Origin: Perkinsus chesapeaki ATCC PRA-425
Taxonomy: Eukaryota > Protista > Perkinsozoa
Reading direction: 5' to 3'
Assembly: GCA_013115145.1 (NCBI GenBank)
Contig: JAAPAO010000143.1
Location: forward strand, 1 to 63,686
DNA length: 63,686 bases
Positions 1 to 10,800 of this stretch are shown here, piece after piece. Each line of letters starts with the position of its first letter. Position 1 is the first letter of the stretch. The notes beneath the pieces are model-generated. The model was not told the DNA's origin, made no database searches, and saw only the letters and a program-made list of their open reading frames with translations. The position numbers and the translations under genes are program-made.

Positions 1-1763
1 TGTCGTTTGTAGAGAGTGACCCGTCGAGGTGTTTGGTGCTGGCGAGCCCCCTCGTTGGTGCTGGTGAGCCCTCCACGCACTGTTGGGCACAACTTCGTCC
101 CGTAACATCGGCGCGTTCTTTTAATTTTTTCGGTGTCACGTCTGCCATTTTCTGCAGAAGTTCTGAAGAGCAGCTTAGCAACATTACCCTTTCACCCTGG
201 TTTAAACCAAATAAGCAATAATAATATTATTGTACCCTACCGGGCTGGGGTAAAAGTAGTCCTGCTCGCTAGCCTACAGTTCTTATTAGGTCGGCAACCT
301 TATTATTTTTGCCATTATGACCGTTACACCAAATGACACTCTATCAAATATAGAGGATGTCACTAAGACGCCAGATGTGAGCTTTACTGCCGCGACTAGT
401 GCCACAAGTGTCATTAACAAAGACGAGGAGCGGTATGATGATGACGTCGGATCAGAATCGGCTTCGGTTCAAAATTTAGTAATATAAAATTCTCTTATAG
501 TATCTTTTATAGTGCGCACCAGGTAACCTTTGTTAACAGTACTAGTTCAATTGATGATAAAACAACAGCCACAACACCATCAAATGCAAGGAGGAAGCCT
601 TTACCGTTGGCACCTATTTTTGATGACTCGGGATCATTCACACTAGGGGAAATGCTAGAGCCAGATACCAAGGTGATAGGGGTGGTGACACGCTGCCTGG
701 GGATGATATGACGTATTTGCTTGGTTATCGAACATAGTAATATTCGGGACCTCGCGGAGATTTTATCGAATCTGGGTGGAGGGTGGGTATTGACTGGATG
801 AATGGTTCATCTGCTATTTTATAGGGAATATGTTGTATTTTCGCAGTACATATAGATCCTCAGTCGGGCACTAAACGAAGTAGTAGGGATAGGAACTGAT
901 TGCACTTCCTTTAGGCTGGCGGCAGACATCCTCTCCGTGTTGGAGATAGGTTCTTCGTATGTGGTGAAGGAAGTATCTTTGCTCCTCAAGGTGGTAGTGT
1001 ATTAGCTGATACGATAGAAGAATGGCCATTATCTGATGGTCTGGCTCAGAAGGGTGTTGATTGGAGTGTCTGTGAATGGGAGGTAATAACAATATTAAAT
1101 CACACTTAATGACACTTATTTCTGTAATGATGCTGGCTTCGTTCGCCATGGCCTTTCGACATGTGTCGGTAAAGGTAGCACAAACCTTGCATAGTATTAT
1201 TGACAATAATAATGACAGCTCCACTAACGATGCTTACAGATATTCTTATCCCAAACTTCACCGCTTACTGCTTGGTAGCCATCATCCTCTAAGAGGCATA
1301 AACCGCTCGTTGGGGAAATTTGTGACGCAAATTTTTATGGTTGGGCTTGGTCGACTGATACCTCATGTACGATGGTGCACCAGTTCGTCAGGGATTCTCC
1401 GGAGTTATTATTTCATACCCTATATGCTGAACTCTAACGCTTGTTCGATTAATAATGTGTGTAATGAGTCTGATGAAATGGGGAATCCTATAAACCCTGG
1501 TCTGTTAGGCTCTGTGGTAGTGATTCGATAAGATTGAGTGGTACTGGCTTTAGGTAGCGGCTGTGTCCGATAATCCCCCAATATCACCAGCACAACAATT
1601 GGCATCTAGCCAGCAGTTAACAGATAGATTTGTGCCATCTTGGATGCAAATGCAGGTAATGACAGGTTTCGGAGGCGACACTTGATAGAAGAGCCAGCGG
1701 TTAATGGGGCACGTTTTGGTCGAGAATATATTACGCTTGGACGTGAAACGAGGAGCCAGATTT
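1..1763 (+). CDS. Unidentified multi-exon protein-coding region (5' truncated); exon structure not resolved
   Basis: Several open segments bounded by GT..AG (about 290-478, 520-672, 915-1080, 1550-1763) and a hydrophobic stretch near 1110-1160; no recognisable family motif. Confidence 0.3.
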
Positions 1764-1969
1764 AATATTTTATCGATCTTATTTGATATCGAATTCAATT
1801 TCGGTCAAAGTTGAATGGAGAAAATATATCTAAAAATAAAACTGCGGAAGATTCATACAGGGTGTGAGTGGAGCAGCAATGTGATGCTAACCTTCTCGTT
1901 TTCTTATATTCCGCATCCCCGTTTTAAATATAAGGAAGTATTCAGTTAAGTAGGATTCAATCTCTCTCA

Positions 1970-4811
1970 GTGTTGGTGTGCCTGCCTTGCCAACCAATAG
2001 GGCCTTTAGCCCTGAATCAAGGCATGTGGAATTTTGCGATCAGATTTCTTCGAATTTTCTCTCGGGCGGTGCTTTCTCGACTATTAATAGACTGACTGTT
2101 ACCCCGGCCAGAACGCCCCATGGTTGTTGATTTGTTTCCTTTAGACTGTCCACCCTCGTCGAGTTGTTGCTGCTCTTGAGAGGAGTAACCCTTCGATGGT
2201 GACTGATAAATATATAGAGCAATTGCTGTTACACGAGTTCGAGGCTGATGCCAGTATCAAGTTCATGGCGGTGGCGTTCGAGCCATACGTGTTTGAGAAT
2301 CGGGCAAGATACTGCAAGCTGGGTGATAGGAGTAAAGCAGAGCAATCAAAGGAACAGGAGGTGGCAGAGGCGGAGTTTTATCAATGGATTCCACCACAAG
2401 GACCGGATTATACACTGGGGGAGCTGTAATATGGTGTGGTGGTAGAGCGCAGGGTATTTATGGGTAAGAGCCTGGTTCGATCCCCGGTGAATGTATTCTT
2501 CGTTGGGCATTATGGATACATTTGCACCGTTATAGGGATTACTAGTGGATTTGACATGTTGGCTAAAATCGTGGAATACAGTTGCAAACGAGGTTATTTG
2601 CGAAGTTGTACTAGGATTTAACTTAATAACTAATTATTGCTATTATCATCACCAACGGTATTAAAGCTTCTTACGTTCTTCCGTTTGTACGGCATCACTT
2701 CCACCTATGCGATTGGGTAGTCTGAGGGGCTTATTTTTATTCCTCTATCATCATTGAGTGTATTTGGGATACTGGGGTTGTTGTTACTGTGAATAGTGTA
2801 GTATACTCATTCGCGAGTGGACTTTTTGCTCTACAGGGAAAGCATTGCATCCGCTCAATGCTTATATCGACCAGCACTGTTCGGTCGTATGTCAGTTACG
2901 TTGAAGCCAAACGTCAGGGCCGAGGGGTGTGGAACAGTTACAGCGACGAAGGGGATTTTCTGAGCTATGCTGTGCCATTTTATTGGAGAAATGCCTTTGC
3001 AGGTGTGGTGACTTTGGATACTCAATTGAAGGTAATAATGACAGGAATAATAGCGAAGAGTGATTGGGTAGGCGGCAGAGATGAAGTCAAGTGAAAGGAG
3101 CGCTAGGATATCCAGGAAGACAGACGATGATGGATGCACAAATAGTCAAATACATTCGACACATCTTACGGCAGCTCAAGCAGACCAGCTGGCAGACTCG
3201 CTGGCCCAGTCGGCTATTAATTTAGCGGCGCATTTAGCGGAGCGAAGCAAACCGTTGGATAGGGAAACGTTGAAGGAGCTTGGTCGGGTGTATTTGGGGA
3301 GAGATCGTAGAGTGTTTGGGATGGGAATCGCCTTTGAGCCGCAGGCATATGATAATAAGGCAGCTTGGATGACCTATGCTTCACATTGTGGAAAGGAGGT
3401 AATTAAGTGGCGCGTGAAGATGGGGATTTGAGTGTAGGTATCAATTAATGGGCGAGTGACTAAAGAAGTTGTAATTGAGGAGTTTGATGGAGTTAAGGGA
3501 TCATTTTATCAAACTAATGAATGGTGATATGGGAGTAGAGGAGGGGTGGATAAGGTGCATATTACTATTCACCAGAACCCTCTTGTCTGTCGGTATTATT
3601 GGTAAAATTAGTCAGTAATATATATAATAATACACAATCTGTGGAGCGTGTCAACGCTGGGATTGGAACAATCGCAGTAGCGCTTTGATTACTTTTGAAA
3701 ATGCTGCCGAAGCGGGAGAAATTAATGTAGTTGATGAGGGAGAGATATCACAAAGTCGATCGTGGTTTTAAATAGTAAACTTGAGAACAGTGTTGATTGG
3801 TATCTTCAAGGTAGATCTAGTTATGGGGGCTCTCTTCGACGGTTTCTCGAACCATAGTCACTCTATCTTGTTTAATATAATCGAGTGTGATGCTGTATTA
3901 TATGGAAATAGGGGATTGGTGAGCGTTTGTCTTTAAGGTACAGATCATCTATACTATCATCTCGATCGCTTTGGACGGCGCCGTATTATAATGCTCATGC
4001 CGGCAAGACCTTCCTTAAGACTTTTGCGGTGCCGTTTAGGCTTCAACCGAGTGCTACTACAGCTAATACCGAGTCGGCAACAACAGGGGGAGCGGCGGGA
4101 AGGTAGTAGGGAGGGGGTATGGTGGTGTGATATGGGGGAATTACGGTATGAGATGATACTGACAATTGAATGTTAGCTTGACAATAGAAGTAAAAATTAT
4201 ATTACTATCAGCTAGCTTATAGTGTATTAGTCATCATCACATTAGGAGTAGTATATGATGGTAATGCGTCATTACTGGGACCTTAAATTAGAGCCCTGGT
4301 AATGATCATAAACACCACTACTATTGATGTGGACACCGCATACTTGATCACACTTATTTCTGTGGCAGGAGGCTGCGGAGTAGCTGCTTCTGAATTCTGG
4401 CGAAATTGTGAGCTTGTTTCCTTCAGTAGGATAGTCTAAAGCATGAAATGATACTGATAGGTGTGCATAAGTTCTATACAAATAATTAATTTTCTGCTCA
4501 TTATATAGTGTTTACCTGTACTTGAGGTGACCTAAGGTTGCAGCATCACTGCCGAGTCTGACTAGCTTAGCAGTACTAGTGTTACTGTCACTGTACCTTC
4601 CGACTTGGTGTCCCTTCCTTTAGTTTATCTGGTGTGGTTCGTCTGGACGTTGAGTATTCTGATGCGTTACATTCATTTTTTTATTACGAATCAGCAACGG
4701 GAGGGGCGGCAGCTGAGGAGCAAAGTGGCACCATTTGCTCAACCTGCGGCCATGATACTAGGTGGGTTCGGTCTGCTTCGCTCCGCTAAGGAAAATGGCA
4801 TTTTTGGTTAG
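1970..4811 (+). CDS. Tandem Cache-domain (dCache-like) single-pass membrane sensor protein, multi-exon; limits approximate
   Basis: Two sets of Cache-type motifs. Set 1: IKFMAVAFEPYVF (about 2260-2300) and VWNSYSDEGDFLSYAVPFYWRNAFAGVVTLD (about 2925-3020). Set 2: VFGMGIAFEPQAY (about 3312-3350), VDWY (about 3790) and WTAPYYNAHAGKTFLKTFAVPF (about 3972-4037). Then one hydrophobic helix LVSLPLVYLVWFVWTLSILM followed by basic residues (4605-4720). Confidence 0.65.
2471..2495 (+). other. tRNA 3'-end fragment (T-arm plus acceptor strand TGAATGT-A) at the 5' end of a probable 72-nt intron (2464-2535)
   Basis: CCTGG-TTCGATC-CCCGG-TGAATGT-A has tRNA 3'-end geometry and follows a GTAAG donor; no D-arm or anticodon arm upstream. 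Confidence 0.6.
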
Positions 4812-7800
4812 TATTGCCTACTACCAGCATCCTGTATCGGCGACTAGGATATGCATTAGATGCCACTCGCTGGGGCTTTATAGTGGAGCGGAAAAACTGC
4901 ATTATCGATATGTGGATGACGCGAGGTCAGATGCTGCCGGGTCATCGATTTCGGAGGGCAGTGAAGAGTCGGTGGAAGGGGGGCCTGAGGGGGATGAAGA
5001 AGGCGCTTTGGAGTTCGTAGAGGCCTGTGATAAATATAGGCTATGTGTTAGTCGATATAGGAAAGAAGGGGAGGAGCTGGAGATGGGAAGATGCGCGCAG
5101 TTCAGGCATGTCGCTACGGGAAAATTATTGTGTGTAGATGTCTCTGTGAGTAACGGAGAGCACGGTATATACCAACATTGTCTGGAGGCGACGGATTGCT
5201 ATACGCAGGGCAGCCCGGGGACATGGTTCAGAGTGCTGCAAGCTGAGCAGAGCGATTGGGACGAGCTGGCCCGGCATAAGATGGCGAAGGAGGCGGCGCA
5301 GACGGCACGTTTGACGCCGAAACGGTTCGAACATTCGGTGTCTCAGGATGATGATAATGAAGGCGGCTTTAATGATAGTGAGGAGAATCATAGGCTTTGT
5401 AATTGGGCGATTGTACGGAAGCAAATGACGGACTCGGGGCTGCTGAAGGCTGGTAAGGATTATGCCAAGAATTCTGGGGGACGGTCGGCGGCGGTGAGGG
5501 TTGGGGGGAACAGGAACGAGAGAGCAGGAGCGGTGGTGATAGAATCGATGTCCTGGGGGGCGCGATGTGGTCCGATATTTGCTAGGAAGATAAGGAGTTA
5601 CCGGGAGACTGATACTAAAAGTGATCCGGGCAGGATTTGGGAAAGAGCTGTTAAGGAGGCGGTTTGGAGGGTCGATAATTTCACTGATGATTCTGAGGTT
5701 TTGGTGCAGTTTAGGAATTTACTGCAACCGTGGGAGGAGGCAAGGGTAGGCGATGGGAGGGACATCTTGGTTCGGTCCGTAATCGTATACTTCCATACTT
5801 GATAAAAAGCGATTATCCAATTGGATAAAACTTCTGAGTTGGAGCAGCTCCCAATTTTGTAAAATATTATTATATCATTTTACACCTCTCTACGTTATAC
5901 AGTATTAACATTGGTAAAATGGTTCTGTATTATTTGTGTTATAGCTTTCTATTATTATATACTCGTCTCCTCTTTTTCATTGTAGATGTATATATTTTTC
6001 AGGCCCCTATAGGGCTATTGGTGAGAGCGTCGGTGGATATGGGTGCATTGAGTGCTATACTGAAGCATCAGGGAAGCTCTAGTAAAGGGAAGTAAGCTGG
6101 GTGGTGTTAGCGGGCTAACAGCAATAGTGGCTTTCTGTGATTCCTTCCGTCTCGGAAGAAGGGTATTGAAGCATGAAAATTTGGTATGATGTATTATTAT
6201 TTTTATAAAGCCTTTCCAGATGTCTGCCATTCTGAAGTGGTTCTATCATTATTACCTTTGGCAGTTTGATAATTGTTATAACTGTTATATACGTATACGT
6301 TTGGGTATCAGTGTGCAGCAACAACGCTGCTCTACCACAGCCCAGCTCCTCCTGTAGTCTTCCAAGTTGAATCTCATAGTACAAGATGATATAGTGCATC
6401 ACTTCCTTCTTCTTCTCCGCAGGCTCCTGGCATGCCTTATCCCCTCGCTGCATTCTGACACTGTTAACGCCATATCGATCAAGCTATGGCAAGTCTTGCC
6501 GGGCTCGATTGATGCCGTGGCGGCGGTGTGTGCTCGGAGATGCTTCAATATATCACAGGCCCAGGTAGGTATCTTATCGCACTGTGAAGATTTTGAAGAT
6601 ATCTCAGATGGAAAGGCTAGTAGAGGTCACATTCAACACTGAGGAGAACTCGCTCTTGATGAAGGGGGCCACGGCGATCAGTAACGTGTGCCGTAGATCG
6701 AGACGAGCCCAAAGGATGGCTGTGGATAATATCTGCAGCAATCATCTATTCTTGGATAAGCTCAGAAGTGGCATTGAAGGTGTGGAGGGGCTTTGCTGAA
6801 TTGCTGTAGAAGCTAAAGATAAATATTGTTGAAAATACTGAGCGTTGTGATGTGAAATTGTAAAAACGAGTATCAGAATATGAACGGCGAAGATGAAATC
6901 TCAATCGATCAACTTCGAACAGAATTTTTGGAATTGAAGAGAATAATACTTGTACAAAACGGTGATAGTTTGGGGTTAGTGCCGCGGCGGTTCATATTGA
7001 CAGTCAATAATCGACTGGCGATCCTCATGGACAGGAGGCAGAGCTTGTTAGTCGAATTAATAGAGAGATCTTGCGATCTTGCTCTCACTTGCATTTCCTC
7101 AGGAGAACTAGGAGCGACATCGCTATTGCAAGCCCAAGTGTTAGTAGGAGATCTCGCGGAGCACAATCCAGAAACGTCGACGCATCTGATGGGTGTATTG
7201 GATTTGGAACTGTCATCGCTTCTACAGGAGTTACATAGGGCCATGCAGAGCTGCTTTTTGAGCCGGGCGGAGGCCGCTGGGGCGTGTGTGGCGGTGAGCG
7301 GGATTCCCAGGATGATTTTAACGCTTTTCGTGGATGTCTGTGAGGTGGGGTGGAGTCGGAAGGAATTGGCATCGACGACGTATGTGGTCGATAAGGATCG
7401 AGCGATGGAGCAGTATGCTAGTGGGACGATAGGATTAACATGGAAGAGGAAAGGAGTGGATAGAACGGTTGAAAATATGCAGATTGATACCACTGACGGA
7501 CGGAAAAGGCTATTAGATCTGTTGTTGGGATTCGTACATAGGGCGGTTTATCAGCCAGAGGTCAACGACGCTCTTTATGCAGCTTTGGAGCTGATTCATG
7601 CTGTCACTGTTAATGATATGTATAATGATGCTGGTGACAGGCTGGCTACTGTAAGGGAGCTTATTCATGTTGCCAGTACTGAGCAGTTTATTACTGGAAG
7701 TGAAGAAGTGGTTCAGAGGAGGGTGGTGAGTGGTAGAAGGTGCAAAGTTGAGGCGCTGAATGTGCTGCATTCGATTAAGGATCTGCAGCTTCACGAGAGA

Positions 7801-10800
7801 GTGCTGATGGTTGTGGCTGGCCAGGGCGCGGAATCGATTGGAGATGCGTTGATGGAGCCAGGGTTGAATTTGATAGAAAAAAGCTTCAAAGCGCTCCATA
7901 GGACGACCGACCCGAGCCTCGAGGAGAGCCTGGCGAGTATGTTGTTGAGACTGCATGTCACTCATACGGAGCTGAAGAGGTCACTGCTGAGGGTGCACTA
8001 TGTGGAGACGGGGCAAATGGATTTGCTGAGTGATGCTCAAAAATGGACTATTGAATTGGCGAGGATCTTGGACGAACCAGAGATAGATGTATTGGCAGCG
8101 GCGAGGGCGTCGGGGCAGTTGAGAGCTAGTTTGGTACCGGATGGACAGTATGGACTGACGAAGTAAGGGAGGAGGGGGCATGAACTTGGCAAGCTATAGC
8201 TATTATTAATAATGATTCTAATAGTCATTTTTATTATTAATAATGATTCCGATATTCATCCGCATTCATACTTTGTGCTCAAATTAACTCCTCTCATTAA
8301 TCCCTATAAAATCATATTATTGGATATATTTTGCATAATTTATCTGAATGTCTACAGGTCTACCGATCTCTACGTTGCCCTTGGAGTCCACGAGCGTCTG
8401 CTTCAACTGCTGAAGGTCCCATACCTGGGAATAGCGGTCTGGGAGAACTGTTATTCGACACTTACAACTATGGCACATGCTACCAGTTATCGTACTGTCA
8501 TCAGAAGGTTGGCCAGAGAGTTCCCGTTGTATCTCAAGCACGCTGAGGAGGACATAAGAGGAGCCAATAGGCTTTGTATTGAACTGCTGTGTGCTAATAA
8601 GGAGTTGGCGGCAGAATGGTAGGCGATGGGGAAATGCAGGAAAATTGCAGGAAAAAATCAGGTACGAGCAATATGTAAGCTCGTCGTTGAGGATACTGTC
8701 TAAGCGGCCGATGGCGGTGGAGATACAGGCATTGAGGACGCTATTGGAATGCCTGGATGCATCCTTGGTTGATAGCGGCATTCGATTGACGATCGCTAGA
8801 AGCCTTTGCGAGATGCCTAATGTTCTTGGGGATCTCTATGGGGCTATATCTAGAGGTAAAGTTGGCGGAAGTATGGTATAATTAATTTGTTGTCGGTAGC
8901 ATTGATTTTTGCTTGTGGCTATGTATGTGCGGAGGAAAGGAAATTTGGCGGAACTCCGGTTATTCTGCGCGAACGACAGTCGGCGAGGAAGTTGTAGAAG
9001 TAGATAAATGTAGCAGTGATGTTTATTACGAACAACTATAGTATCGAACAAATAGATAATGTAATAGGATTTCAGTAAAATATGTAATTAGAAATATATA
9101 CCAACGGTAGTACGCTATACCGACGGGTGAAACAAGATGGAAAAGTGTAGACGCTCTTAGACTTGGATCGAACAGCTCGTTCCTTTTCTATTGAATCTTC
9201 TATACAGATGAAGAAAAACTGCCAATATTCGTCCGCACTGTAATTTTGTAGGATATTTTTGATGTTAGAATGATGTCAGGTAGCCCAGAAGCGATGCACA
9301 GTCTGGTTAACCAACTGAACACTGGAAATCCTCGCTACTATGTGGAGCTGCTTGACTTGTTGAGAGTGTGTGCTACTGATGATGCCGAGGCAGTTGTGGT
9401 GACTGATTCTAATGATGTTACACAAACAACTGTAGAGACTAGGAGGAAGGATGGAAGGGTAAGTGTCAGAACGTTATAGATTAAAGGAGATGATTTCGAT
9501 TAGTAATTACTGTTATATATTGAATGTTTTCCTTCTTTTTTTTCACGGGCAGCAGACAGAAGCCAGTATAGGAGTATAGCTGTGGCGGGCTCAGTCCCTC
9601 GTAAAAGGCGGGGCGAAAGGCCCTATGAAGTGTAGAGGTGAAATTATGCCCCATAAAGACAATTATGCCCATATGAAATAGTAGGAAACAGTTTTACTAA
9701 ATACATTATATATAAGTTTGCCTTTGGAGTGCCAGTGTGTGGTGAGCTGAGATAGATGTACACAACAGTACAGGCCTCTGGTGGTGAATATTACAGTACA
9801 TGGGGTCCCGCGAGAAATGTGCTCCCTTGTGAGCTTAGCAGCTTACTTGTTAACTATATTATGTTTGCTAAGCTCTTTGCTACTTGCTGTGACATTCTTT
9901 ATCGGATTTGATCTTCTCAGAATAATCTCGTTAACATCTTGCCTTACACATTTCCTTCAGGCCTCGGCGCTGCTAGGGAGGGTTCTGCCAGTGGACAATA
10001 TGGTTAAACTGTTGCTGTCATGTCACAGAGTTGGAGTGAAGGCGGCTTTATTGGACTTTATAAGGTAACCTTCATCCTTGGGGACATCGATTATAAAATA
10101 CGGCGGCTATGTTACCTATAATGGTGTATTTAGGAGATAGTTTATTATGATAAAACAGTATGAAAGTAGATTATTAAATGATAAAATTGAATTAATAGCA
10201 CTCGAATGCGTTAGTAATAATACTACTTAAGCATGCAAAGGAAAGTAGTTGCACCCAGACAGGTAAGTACTCATGTCACTGTCGGGCAGTCTGGGAAACA
10301 TGTCAGGCAGGATGGAAGCAAGTATCCACTGCGTGTTCGACGCCGAACTCCGCACTGGTTGGCCACTATCTGCTTGTACAAGAAAAGTCGTCACTGTTAC
10401 AAAGCTACGGAGCTTAAGCGCCATCGGTTAGCACTCATGCGCCTAACACGTCACCTCCGTGTATTCATTAATCATAGTTGTATTAATATTATATAATGAT
10501 GTTGGAAATAAAGTATACTGATAGGATTCTTCTCTTTGAGTTTATTGTTTCCCATTCAGATTGGTCCACACAGCCGAGGCTGTCCTGGCCCTCCCCGCTG
10601 AGGTGATTGCCGAAATAATGTCGGATTTCACCGCTACCATCAACGACTGTCTCGAGGCGTATTGTAAGCAAAAGTCGGTATACGCCAGCGGTGGGGCAGC
10701 TAAGGAAGGATCTGGTGAGTATGGGGAGGATCGAGAGGATGATTTCGCAGAATCATTAAGAGGATATCTTAATGGCACAAAGATTCTCACGGCAAATACT

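Noticed and set aside
1848-1870. TACAGGGTGT as a second MITE end
   Set aside because: No matching inverted end nearby.
6909-7493. Long antisense ORFs opposite IP3R, POLE, MDH and bestrophin exons (for example 6909-7493, 7513-7965, 36488-36967)
   Set aside because: Shadow ORFs of real coding exons; no motifs.
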